NCBI GenBank assembly: GCA_963786955.1
Contig: CAWBAT010000002.1
Location: 32,001-96,000, forward strand
Direction of reading: 5' to 3'
Length of the DNA: 64,000 bases
Source of the DNA: an uncultured Acidimicrobiia bacterium
GTDB lineage: Bacteria > Acidobacteriota > Terriglobia > Versatilivoradales > Versatilivoraceae
A program made the translations under genes and the position numbers. Positions 39,825 through 49,229 of the stretch are shown here, piece by piece. Positions within the stretch are counted from its first letter, which is position 1. Every line of letters begins with the position of its first letter. The notes under the pieces are model-generated. The model ran no database searches and had not been told where the DNA came from. It saw only the letters and a list, made by a program, of their open reading frames with translations.

Positions 39825-40153
39825 TCGAAGACCCATCGAGCAGATGCTAATTTCGAAGCAGAACTGAGAAGGACTTTCATTTAAGATTTTGGGAGGTTTA
39901 TTTGACATGTACACTCTTGGAGAAAAGTTTGCGTAAATATCCTGCAACCGGTCAGATTCGCAAGAGTGACTAGGTTGGCCGCATTGTTACCATCCCCCGA
40001 GCTCCCCTATGGGCAACCTCGAAATCGACCCAGTTGGAATTGATTCTGACGGTTGTTGTGTTACCTTAATGAAATAGGAATCCCCTTGTACCGTCTTCCC
40101 GAGAACTGCAGGCGGGGAAAAGCTTTCCCCAGCAAACGATAAGGAGTTTCACC

Positions 40154-41101
40154 ATGACGACACATTCCTCCGCAACCTCAACTCAAAAGCAAGAACTCTA
40201 CGAACACATTGTGGATGCATTTGGCGCAATCTTCGGAATACATCCTGGTTACCGTCCCGCGCACGCAAAAGGGATCGTGTGCGAGGGCATATTCACCCCG
40301 GCCGCAACGGCCGCCTCCCTGAGCCGTGCGCCGCACTTTCAACGTGGTTCGGTGCCAGTCACTGTTCGATTTTCTAATTCTACGGGCATCCCCAACATTC
40401 CCGATGGTGATCCGAAAGCAAGTCCACGTGGGCTCGGAATTAAGTTTCACCTACCCGGCGGGGTCCACACAGACATTGTGGCGCATTCGCACAACGGTTT
40501 CCCCGTCGGCACAGCCGAGGATTTTCTCGGATTCTTACAAGCAGTGGCCAGCAGCGGCCCAAACGCCCCGAAACCGACCCCCATTGAGGCATTCCTAGGT
40601 ACCCACCCGCGAGCCCTGGCTTTTGCAACCACGCCGAAACCTGCACCAGTAAGTTTCGTGAAAGTATCGTACTACGGAGTGCATGCCTTTAAATTCATCA
40701 ACCGGGAAGGTGCAAGCCAATTTGCCCGCTATCAAATTCATCCTGCGGAGGGTGAAGCGCACCTTGGCGATGCCGAAGCAGCCCAGCGGCCGATGAATTT
40801 TCTATTTGACGAACTCCAGGAACGCTTATCACATGGGCCCGCTGAGCTAAGGTTAGTTGCCCAGGTTGCCGGAGCAGGGGACCCAATTGATGATGCGTCT
40901 ATCTCTTGGCCGGCAGACCGCCGTCAGCTGGAATTGGGCTCTATCAGCTTAACAAAACTGGTTGAAGACAGCGAAGCGGCTCAGCGGAAACTTATTTTTG
41001 ACCCGATAGCGCTGGTTGATGGGATCGAGCTATCCAATGATCCACTGCCGCCTGCGCGGTCAGCCATTTACAGCATCTCGTACAAGCGACGCAATCCGTA
41101 G
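40154..41101 (+). CDS. Catalase-related peroxidase (SrpA-like)
   Basis: Motifs RPAHAKG (distal His), VTVRFS, PRGLGIKF and SNDPL..RSAIY (proximal Tyr). RBS AAGGAG. Confidence 0.9.
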   Translation: MTTHSSATSTQKQELYEHIVDAFGAIFGIHPGYRPAHAKGIVCEGIFTPAATAASLSRAPHFQRGSVPVTVRFSNSTGIPNIPDGDPKASPRGLGIKFHLPGGVHTDIVAHSHNGFPVGTAEDFLGFLQAVASSGPNAPKPTPIEAFLGTHPRALAFATTPKPAPVSFVKVSYYGVHAFKFINREGASQFARYQIHPAEGEAHLGDAEAAQRPMNFLFDELQERLSHGPAELRLVAQVAGAGDPIDDASISWPADRRQLELGSISLTKLVEDSEAAQRKLIFDPIALVDGIELSNDPLPPARSAIYSISYKRRNP

Positions 41102-41162
41102 CCGACAGACTGTTCTTTTGGCAGCTCCAGTCAGTAAAAGTGAGAATAATATGCGCAAGAGA

Positions 41163-41309
41163 TAAGTTGCGGAAATCCGCCATAATTGTTGTAGCCGGCC
41201 TCGCTGAGGCCGGCCCCTGCCCGGGGCCAACGGCCCCGGCTACAACATCTCAACACTTGCTGTTCCCGGCCCCAGCGGGGCCAGCTACAACACGGACTTC
41301 CGCAACTTA
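41163..41309. repeat. Composite REP/MITE-like element with 17-bp terminal inverted repeats
   Basis: Ends TAAGTTGCGGAAATCCG and CGGACTTCCGCAACTTA match at 16 of 17 positions. Inside are GTAGCCGGCCTC-gct-GAGGCCGG and two inverted CCGGGGCC/GGCCCC..GCTACAACA units. Confidence 0.8.
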
Positions 41310-41312
41310 GTA

Positions 41313-41687
41313 TTAGTGACCCTTGGCTGCTGCAGCGGCTTCGAGGACTTCTTTGGTTTTGGCCTTCAACTCAGATAAGTCCGATGACTTTACGATATAA
41401 GCTTTGGCAGCCCAGCTTAGAAAGTCTTCTTTGAAATAGCTATAGGCGGAGTTCAAGATGATCGGTGGATTTGAGGGAGATTCCATGACCTGTTTAAGGG
41501 TCTCCAGTCCGTCAAGACCCGGCATCCGAATGTCTAAAATGACCAAATCGACCGCCTGCAAATAGAGCTTTTCTAAAGCTTCTGTTCCGCTGCTTGCAGT
41601 AAGAACGTCATATCCATCTTCCAGAAACTCTCGTTGATAGAGTTTTAAGAGGTTTTTTTCATCATCCACGATTAACAAGGTGCTCAT
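41313..41687 (-). CDS. Single-domain response regulator (REC)
   Basis: Motifs LIVDDE, DLVILDIRMPG, NSAY and YIVKSSD. Overlaps the stop of the upstream kinase gene. Confidence 0.93.
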   Translation of the reverse strand: MSTLLIVDDEKNLLKLYQREFLEDGYDVLTASSGTEALEKLYLQAVDLVILDIRMPGLDGLETLKQVMESPSNPPIILNSAYSYFKEDFLSWAAKAYIVKSSDLSELKAKTKEVLEAAAAAKGH

Positions 41688-43779
41688 GAGATGTCTCCCT
41701 GACTTTTGCTCGAGGGAAGTTGATCAAAAAAGTTGAGCCGACGCCAACCTTACTTTCCAAATAAATAGACCCTTTATGGTTGGCAATGATTTGCGAAGCA
41801 ATGTTCAATCCCAGCCCTGAACCGAGAGACTTGGTTGTAAAAAAAGCGTCAAAAACCTTACTCATGTCGGCTTCAGGAATGCCCCCTCCGGTATCGGAGA
41901 TGGAGAGCTGCAGAAACTCCTGGCTATGCTCAAGACCCAGAGTTAAGCTCCCACCATTCGGCATGGCCTCTACGGCATTACTCACAACAGCGGTCAAGAC
42001 GAGAGCGATCTGTTCCGGGTCGATCTCGACTTCCGGCAGATTTTCGGAAAATCGAGTCGAACATCTAATTCCTTTTCCCTTCAATGTAGGTCTGAACAAA
42101 CGCAGGGTCCGATTGGCAACGGCAGCTAAATCGGTGGGTTCTGTCCTCGGAATGCCAGGGCTAACATAGGTCAGCACATTTCTTAAAATTTTTTCTAAGC
42201 GCCGGACTTCCTCTACAATAATCTTCAATTCTTCATAATCAGGAGAGTCAGGCCCATGTCGTTTCAAAATGGCGTGGGCGAAACCTCCAATGCTGACCAA
42301 GGGGGTCCTAATTTCATGCGCGACTTTTGAGGCCAGTTCACCCAGGTCAGAAAGTCGCTTGGAACGGATGAGGCGGTCCTGCATGGCCTCTAATTCCGTG
42401 ATATGACGTTCATTTTCTTGGATGCGTCGCTGCACTTCTTCGTAAAGCAGGGAATCCTTGATTGCATTGGCGGCATAGTTTGCGAAAGTTTCAAGAAGCC
42501 TCAAATCCTCCCCAGAAATGGGTTTACCCGTGATCAGATTGTCTGCGATCAGAAGGCCTAGGGGCTGTTGGTTGTACCAGAGAGGGACGGCGGCCAGGCA
42601 TTCTACTTCAAATAGGTCCAAGAGCTTCTGACTGTCGGTAGGATCCTTGCTGTCCGCTCCACTGATGATCTCGGGTTGTGTTTGCATGAGGAGGTCGATC
42701 AGGATGTGCGAGCGTTGGTCGAGAGGGACTCGAATCCCTTTGACTATCTTGTTGACGTGAACATCCCGCGTCTCCCAACTCATGTCAAAAGCAGCCAACA
42801 GGTCAGGAAATGTCCAGTGCCGCTCTCTAATGTCATCCCAAATTTGCATGGCCTCGTGAAGATTGGATGGTCCAATGGCAAATTTCCCTTCCAGAGTTCG
42901 CGTTTGATCATTAACGAGTAGCAAAAAGGCACGATTAAATCCCAATCCTTCATTGGCCGTGACTCCGACGAGAATCCGGTAGAGGATCTCATCAAGATTC
43001 ATAGTGCTGAGCAGGGAGGTTGAGACGTTATTAATCAGCGAGAGTTCAAAATCTTTTCGTGCCAGTTCGGCTTCAATGGATTTCTTTTCGGAATAAAGCT
43101 GCAGAAATTCTTTGGACTGTTGCTCAAGTGCTTGAACGTATTCGTGTATCTCGCTGGCGGATTGGACTGTTTTTCCATCAAAACGATACGGGACATACAG
43201 CTGGCTCGAGTAACATCCCTTCACTTTGATGGGCTGAAAATAAAGGGTGGAGTCTTGCGTCCAAATATCCAAGAAAATGGACACCGTCTCCTTGAGCTGT
43301 CCAAGGATGAAGTTTGAGAAACTGCCTCGTGTTAGAAGGAAACAGGCAAATCGTTTTTTTTCATGAATTAAATTGTGAATCCAGGTCACCGTTTGCAGGA
43401 TCTCATGCTCGTGAGGAAGACGCTTTGCCAAGCTTGCCAGATCTTCGAAGACATAGATCCCATAGGGCCGCTCGTCGCGCGCGGCGAGGTTTGAGAATTG
43501 GCATCGGAAATCTTCCAGTGGTTCCATTGGCCGGGGGGTAATGCGCTGAAGAGCCGGAAAATCCATGTTGTCAAAAATCGAGTTGCCGGAAAATGAAACG
43601 GAATACGCAGGTAACCCGTTTGTCTCGACAAAATCGAGCAGCGGACGCAGGAAGGATAAGGCCTCAGAGGGTTCCCCGACATGGAAAAGCATGGACTCTC
43701 CCCAATGAACCCCTTGGATCAGGTTGTCCAAAGAATCAATTCCAGTCGAAAGAGGCTTTTCGAGGCTTGCTCTATTCAT
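41662..43779 (-). CDS. Cytoplasmic sensor histidine kinase: degenerate KaiC/RAD55-like domain, GAF, HisKA, HATPase_c
   Basis: H-box AHEIRTPL, N-box SNAVEAM, and DTGGGI, FFTTK and GSGLGL boxes. GAF motifs GLGFNRAFLLL and LIADN. The N-terminus STGIDSLDNLIQG has no Walker A lysine. No TM helices. Confidence 0.85.
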   Translation of the reverse strand: MNRASLEKPLSTGIDSLDNLIQGVHWGESMLFHVGEPSEALSFLRPLLDFVETNGLPAYSVSFSGNSIFDNMDFPALQRITPRPMEPLEDFRCQFSNLAARDERPYGIYVFEDLASLAKRLPHEHEILQTVTWIHNLIHEKKRFACFLLTRGSFSNFILGQLKETVSIFLDIWTQDSTLYFQPIKVKGCYSSQLYVPYRFDGKTVQSASEIHEYVQALEQQSKEFLQLYSEKKSIEAELARKDFELSLINNVSTSLLSTMNLDEILYRILVGVTANEGLGFNRAFLLLVNDQTRTLEGKFAIGPSNLHEAMQIWDDIRERHWTFPDLLAAFDMSWETRDVHVNKIVKGIRVPLDQRSHILIDLLMQTQPEIISGADSKDPTDSQKLLDLFEVECLAAVPLWYNQQPLGLLIADNLITGKPISGEDLRLLETFANYAANAIKDSLLYEEVQRRIQENERHITELEAMQDRLIRSKRLSDLGELASKVAHEIRTPLVSIGGFAHAILKRHGPDSPDYEELKIIVEEVRRLEKILRNVLTYVSPGIPRTEPTDLAAVANRTLRLFRPTLKGKGIRCSTRFSENLPEVEIDPEQIALVLTAVVSNAVEAMPNGGSLTLGLEHSQEFLQLSISDTGGGIPEADMSKVFDAFFTTKSLGSGLGLNIASQIIANHKGSIYLESKVGVGSTFLINFPRAKVRETSHEHLVNRG

Positions 43780-43923
43780 GGAAGTGGTTCAAGCACGATT
43801 TTCGAAACTGAACCCATTGGAGACGGACTGGCGTTGGTGTTTAAAGCGCGCTTTCAACGCCAGTTGGCGGCGTCTTCGGGCGGCGCGATAACGTACCGGC
43901 CTCCCGAGAAACCAGAATCTTCA

Positions 43924-44412
43924 TTACTGATTTACGGCCAACTCAGCGGGCAAAGCAGCTCGAATCAATTGCGGTCGAACTAAACGGGCAAAGTCCGCGT
44001 ATTTGATCCGAATCGTGTCAATATGGGTTCCGGCGTTGAAAACGATTTCATCGTGGGCCGTGAGAGACTTGTCCACATAGACCGGCAAGTGATAGACGTT
44101 GCCAAATGGAGCCATGGCCCCTAATTCGCAATCCGGAAACAGCGAGGCAAATTCTCGCTCGGTGGCCAGTTCGATGTGTTTGAACGGCAGTTCATCACGC
44201 AACAATTTCAGATCCACTTTCATGATGGCCGGAAGTGCGAGCAAGATGTATTGGGAATCGGCTTTCAAGACAATTGTTTTTGCCATTTGCCGTCCAGGCA
44301 CGTGTTGTGCGGCAGCGACTTCTTGTGCGGTGTATGCCAGGCGGTGAGTACAGTGCGTGTACGGCACTCTTTGTTCTTCGAGGTATTCTTTAAGGCGGTT
44401 CGCGACACTCAT
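43924..44412 (-). CDS. YbaK/ProX-family aminoacyl-tRNA deacylase
   Basis: Motifs HRLAYTAQEVA, AKTIVL, FPDCELGAMAPFG and FNAGTH. RBS AGGAGG before MSVANRL. Confidence 0.9.
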   Translation of the reverse strand: MSVANRLKEYLEEQRVPYTHCTHRLAYTAQEVAAAQHVPGRQMAKTIVLKADSQYILLALPAIMKVDLKLLRDELPFKHIELATEREFASLFPDCELGAMAPFGNVYHLPVYVDKSLTAHDEIVFNAGTHIDTIRIKYADFARLVRPQLIRAALPAELAVNQ

Positions 44413-44704
44413 AGAAACCTCCTGATCGTTATTGTGGCCTTTGTTGCCTTCCAATCGAATCGCGATCGGCCGGTATTAAAGGGGGGGATTTTTATCGTAT
44501 GGTGTGTAGGGTCACTCCTTCAGCCGGCAACCGGGGAGTCATTCGAAACTGAGAAAGGTAAAGGGCGGGGAACCGGTCTACCGTCTAAGAGCATTTTGAG
44601 AAGTTTTAATTCGAATGTCAATCGCACAATGTAAATGGGATAAGCCGGAAATGGAGTGGGATTAAATCGTTGATTTTGGTCTGCCCCCCTGCTATACATC
44701 TGGC

Positions 44705-45556
44705 GTGGGAAAAAGAACAAATCCTCCAATCATTGCGTTCCAAGGAGAACGTGGTGCCTACAGCGAACTTGCAACCAGGCGCTTATTTTCGCCTTCTGTC
44801 CAGTTCGCTCCCTGCCAAACTTTTGAACTCGTCTTTCAGCATGTCGATCGCGGCGAAGTCGATTTCGGAGTCATCCCCATCGAAAATTCGCTGGCGGGCA
44901 GTATTCACCAAAACTACGATTTGCTCCTGAGATATGACTTACAAATTGTTGGTGAGCTCAATCAGAAGATTATTCACAATCTCATTGCAAATCAGAAGAC
45001 GACTCTTAGCGGGATTAGGCGTATCTTTTCTCATCCTCAGGCTCTGATGCAGTGTCAACAGAATATTGCACGTTTCAAACAAGTAGAAATCGTGCCTGCT
45101 TATGATACGGCCGGCAGCGTCAAGAAAATTAAGGAAGAAAAGATCCTGGATGGAGCTGCCATTGCCAGCGAGTTAGCGGCGAAAATATATGGAATGAAGA
45201 TTCTAAAGCGCGGGATTCAAGATAACGCGGAAAATTTTACCCGCTTCTTGGTACTCAGTACGAAGTCTCCGATCCCGAGAGGCGCCAATAAGACTTCGGT
45301 GGTATTCTCTGTCAAAAACATTCCCGGCGCGCTTTTTCGCTCCTTAAGTGTGTTTGCTCTTCGTGACATTGACCTTTACAAAATTGAGTCTCGCCCACTC
45401 CATGGGAAACCTTGGGAATACCTCTTCTATATTGACTTTGCCGGGAATCAGACAAACAAGAACTGTTGGAATGCTTTACAGCACCTGAGCGAGATTGCGA
45501 CCTTTTGGCGAGTGCTCGGATCCTACAAGAGAGATGAGCAAAGGGCAGGGCGGTAA
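44705..45556 (+). CDS. pheA: Prephenate dehydratase (with ACT domain)
   Basis: Motifs AFQGERGAYSE, PIENSLAG, SHPQALMQC, NFTRF and KIESRP. Confidence 0.95.
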   Translation: MGKRTNPPIIAFQGERGAYSELATRRLFSPSVQFAPCQTFELVFQHVDRGEVDFGVIPIENSLAGSIHQNYDLLLRYDLQIVGELNQKIIHNLIANQKTTLSGIRRIFSHPQALMQCQQNIARFKQVEIVPAYDTAGSVKKIKEEKILDGAAIASELAAKIYGMKILKRGIQDNAENFTRFLVLSTKSPIPRGANKTSVVFSVKNIPGALFRSLSVFALRDIDLYKIESRPLHGKPWEYLFYIDFAGNQTNKNCWNALQHLSEIATFWRVLGSYKRDEQRAGR

Positions 45557-46649
45557 CCGAAGGAAATTTCTGCAAGCCTCGGCACTTGGGCCAGCGACGC
45601 TTCTGTGGAGCAATGGGCTGAGTGCGATTCAAGGCTCTCGAATCGGGGGAACCAATGCGGCTCCTTTCGGCAGTATCCTGGATATCGAGCACATCCAAGT
45701 AGGCCATTACACCGAGTCCCGCCGACCCACGGGATGTACGGTGGTTTTGTTTGAAAAAGGCGCCGTTGCGGGCGTCGATGTGCGAGGATCGGCCCCAGGA
45801 ACCCGAGAAACGGATCTGCTGAGTCCGCTGGGTACTGTCGAAAAGATTCATGCGATTTTGTTGGCGGGGGGAAGCGCGTTTGGATTAGATGCCGCCTCCG
45901 GTGTGATGCAGTATTTGGAGGAGCAGGGAATGGGTTTTGAAACCCGCGTGGCACGAATTCCCATTGTCCCCGCCGCCATCCTTTTCGATTTAGAATTGGG
46001 CGATCCGCGGATTCGTCCCGATCAGCGAAATGGCTATATGGCCTGTAAGGCCGCCAGCTCCAAATTCTGTCCAGAAGGAAATGTGGGTGCCGGCACAGGA
46101 GCGACGGTAGGGAAACTCTTTGGAATCAGCCGCGCCATGAAGGGGGGCTTGGCGACTACATCGATCAAAGTCGGGCCGGTTGTCGTTGCCGCTTTGATTG
46201 CCGTCAATGCTTTCGGAGATGTCTTGGACTCTGAGACCGGAAAAATACTGGCTGGCGCACGGACCGAAGACGGGAAGAATCTGGCCAATTCAATGGAGCA
46301 GTTTGAAAAGGGAAATATCGGATTTTTGAAACCGTCCCTTGAAAACACCACTATTGGCGTCGTGGCCACCAACGTTTCCTTGACTAAGACCGAAGCGTGC
46401 AAAGTTGCCCAGATGGCTCAGGATGGATTGGCTCGGAGCATCAATCCGGTCCATACGACCTATGACGGAGATACCCTTTTTGTTGTGGCGACAGGCCAGA
46501 ATACTGCCCGTCCTAACTTAACTTGGATTGGCTCGCTTGCCGCCGCCGTGGTGGCCAAGACTATTCGCCGCGCGATCCTGCTGGCCACAAGCTTGCCAGG
46601 ATTGCCTTGTTCCCAGGACCTGGCTGCCTCGAGGGAGACTTCTCTTTGA
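45534..46649 (+). CDS. P1/S58 (DmpA-like) aminopeptidase with a Tat-like leader
   Basis: Leader NRRKFLQ. Motifs GVDVRGSAPGTRETDLL, GGSAFGL, EGNVGAGTGA, NTTIGVVATN and DGLARSINPVHTTYDGD. Confidence 0.88.
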   Translation: MSKGQGGNRRKFLQASALGPATLLWSNGLSAIQGSRIGGTNAAPFGSILDIEHIQVGHYTESRRPTGCTVVLFEKGAVAGVDVRGSAPGTRETDLLSPLGTVEKIHAILLAGGSAFGLDAASGVMQYLEEQGMGFETRVARIPIVPAAILFDLELGDPRIRPDQRNGYMACKAASSKFCPEGNVGAGTGATVGKLFGISRAMKGGLATTSIKVGPVVVAALIAVNAFGDVLDSETGKILAGARTEDGKNLANSMEQFEKGNIGFLKPSLENTTIGVVATNVSLTKTEACKVAQMAQDGLARSINPVHTTYDGDTLFVVATGQNTARPNLTWIGSLAAAVVAKTIRRAILLATSLPGLPCSQDLAASRETSL

Positions 46650-46739
46650 ATGGTAGTCTCGCGACCCTTCAAGTGGCTTTTTGGCTGCCGCATTCGTCGT
46701 TAAACAACCCTCTTGGGACTCACAATTATTTCCGATTAG

Positions 46740-47375
46740 ATGCACATGGTTTCTGTCGCCGGCCTCATTCTTGCCGCTGGAAAATCAGAACGGATGGGAA
46801 GACCGAAGCTCATGCTCGATTTCCATGGGAAAGCCTTTCTCGAGCATATTTTTACTGAAGCGAGCCAATCGGCCCTCACGGAAGTCAGGGTCGTAATCGG
46901 TCACCATGCCGAACAGGTTCAATCTCAATTTCCGAGCCTGGAAGGGAAGTGGATTGTGAATCCCGATTACGAACGAGGACAGCTTAGTTCAATCCAATGC
47001 GGACTTACCGTCCTTAAGCAGTACTCCCTTGACGGTGTCATGCTCTTATTGATTGACCACCCTTTTATCAGCCCGATGCTAATCAATCAATTAATTCACA
47101 ATTTCGGCGAAAGTCGTTGTCCGATTGTCATTCCTTCTTACGCTCACCGCCGTGGGCATCCGGTCATTTTTGCAAATTCCTTGTTTGAAGAGCTATGCAA
47201 CGCTTCACTGGACCGAGGAGCTTCCGATGTCGTGCGAACGCATGAAAAAGACATCTTACATGTGGAGGTTGACAACCCCGGCGTGCTCGTTGACATCGAT
47301 ACCCTTGAAGATTATTCACGGTATGTGCTGTCAGCCAAGGGCAGGAAAAAAAACGGGAGAGACTCTTTCGAATGA
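46740..47375 (+). CDS. MocA/MobA-like nucleotidyltransferase
   Basis: Motifs LAAGKSERMGRPKL, NPDYERGQLSS, DHP, GHPV and DIDT. Confidence 0.88.
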   Translation: MHMVSVAGLILAAGKSERMGRPKLMLDFHGKAFLEHIFTEASQSALTEVRVVIGHHAEQVQSQFPSLEGKWIVNPDYERGQLSSIQCGLTVLKQYSLDGVMLLLIDHPFISPMLINQLIHNFGESRCPIVIPSYAHRRGHPVIFANSLFEELCNASLDRGASDVVRTHEKDILHVEVDNPGVLVDIDTLEDYSRYVLSAKGRKKNGRDSFE

Positions 47376-49039
47376 AAACAACCCGCCAAAAGTCAGCCAG
47401 GAATTGTTTCAAACGAGTTTTGTTGCTCTTATTTCTATTGTTGTTTCTCAAATCTGACTTTTTCACGGTTTCCTTTGAATCCATTTCAAGCGGATATTAT
47501 TCTTTAACGGTAAGCCGAATCCAGGCCACTCTCGAATTTTTGTCATCCAAAAACTTTAAAGGGCGCAAAACAGGGACGCCCGAGGAAGACCTCACCACTG
47601 CATATTTAGCAAGTGTCTTCCGGCGCAATGGACTTCAACCGGCGTCCACAACCCATGGAACTTTCATTCAAGAATTTGAGTTGACTCAAGCTCTGCCAAG
47701 CCCGGAAAGTGTTTTCAGGCGCTCCGAACCTCATCAACCCGCTGCTGAATGGAAGATTGGGCAAGATTTTCTGCCAGCCCCCTGGGGAACAGAATCGCCT
47801 GAAGTCACAGCCAGCCTGGCTTTCGTCGGTTACGGGATTACCGCGCCGGAGCTAGGATATGACGATTATTCGAAAACAGCGGTCCAAGGGAAAATTGCCG
47901 TTGCGTTGAGCAAGGTGCCCGATGGAGATGAAAAACACCGTTGGGATTTTTTCGCTCAGAAAGACTATGAGGAGCCGCTGGAGAAAGCCATTCGTGCGCA
48001 AGCGCGAGGAGCCGCGGGTTTGATCATTATTCTTCCGTCCAATGAATCGATTCCGGCGCTGGAAACAATAAATTATAAGCTTGCCAGAACGTATCTTACT
48101 TCCCAGGTGAATCAAGTCCAGATTCCGACTGTCCTTGTCACTTATCCGGTGGGGGAAAGCCTGTTCCATTCTGACGCACATTCATTGACGCTCGGGGACA
48201 TTCAACAGCAGTTGAATAAGGGTGCCCGGCCAGAAACCTTTGACATGGCTGGACGCCTGTCGCTTGCCACACGATATGACCATAAATCGTTTAAAGGTAA
48301 GAATGTTCTGGCGGTCATTCCGGGCGTTGATTCTAATTTGAAACAGGAATGCCTGATCATAAGCGCGCATCACGATCATTTGGGAACTGGAGACAATGAA
48401 GAGATTTATTTTGGGGCAGATGATGACGCGTCCGGGACTACGGGCCTCCTGGAACTTGCCGCCGCTTTTCAGGGAGGGAATTTGAGACCCAGACGCAGTA
48501 TTTTGCTAGCGGCTTGGGGTGCTGAAGAGCTAGGTCTATTGGGATCCCACTATTATGTGCAGCAACCTGCCTTCCCCCTCTCGCAGACCATCGCCATGCT
48601 TCAATTAGACATGATTGGTCGAAATGAAGAACGTCCGGCCAATGCTGCCGATCAAATTGAAGAAGAAAAACCGCAAGAGAACCTGAATACGGTCAGTATC
48701 GCCGGTACCGTTTTTAGCCCGGACATCAAGAAGCTCATCCAGTCCTGTAATTCCAGAGTTAACCTGAAACTGCGCTACCGCTACGATCATGGACAAGAGA
48801 ATTTGCTCAAGCGGAGCGATCAGTGGCCGTTCTTGGAGTTCGACGTCCCTTCCGTGTTCTTCTTCACAGGCTTTCACCCGGATTACCACAAGCCTTCCGA
48901 TACCGCCGACAAAATTAACTATCAAAAAATGGAACGGGTCTTGCAGTTGGTCTATCTGAGCGCCTGGGAAATCGCTGATTCGCCATTACGCCCCGGGTTT
49001 GTCCATCATGGATCTATGGACTCGAAGAGCACTTTCTAA
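47372..49039 (+). CDS. M28 family metallopeptidase with a PA domain, exported
   Basis: Signal/TM helix, PA insert (FVGYGI...DDY), and motifs SAHHDH, GADDDASG, AEELGLLGS, LDMIG, RSDQ and DYHKPSD. Confidence 0.9.
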   Translation: MKTTRQKSARNCFKRVLLLLFLLLFLKSDFFTVSFESISSGYYSLTVSRIQATLEFLSSKNFKGRKTGTPEEDLTTAYLASVFRRNGLQPASTTHGTFIQEFELTQALPSPESVFRRSEPHQPAAEWKIGQDFLPAPWGTESPEVTASLAFVGYGITAPELGYDDYSKTAVQGKIAVALSKVPDGDEKHRWDFFAQKDYEEPLEKAIRAQARGAAGLIIILPSNESIPALETINYKLARTYLTSQVNQVQIPTVLVTYPVGESLFHSDAHSLTLGDIQQQLNKGARPETFDMAGRLSLATRYDHKSFKGKNVLAVIPGVDSNLKQECLIISAHHDHLGTGDNEEIYFGADDDASGTTGLLELAAAFQGGNLRPRRSILLAAWGAEELGLLGSHYYVQQPAFPLSQTIAMLQLDMIGRNEERPANAADQIEEEKPQENLNTVSIAGTVFSPDIKKLIQSCNSRVNLKLRYRYDHGQENLLKRSDQWPFLEFDVPSVFFFTGFHPDYHKPSDTADKINYQKMERVLQLVYLSAWEIADSPLRPGFVHHGSMDSKSTF

Positions 49040-49229
49040 TTCAGGCGGTGAGTGGGCCGGGCATCGGCCAGGGTCTGCGGACCGCTCGATGAACAATCCA
49101 ACCTTTAAAAAGAACCATTGACCAGTATTCCCTTGAGCCATCCCGTTGTGACCCCTAAACTCTTGGTGTGATTGAAAAATACCCCTGGCTTACCGAAATC
49201 AGAATTTAGTTTCAATGAAAGGATGCGCG

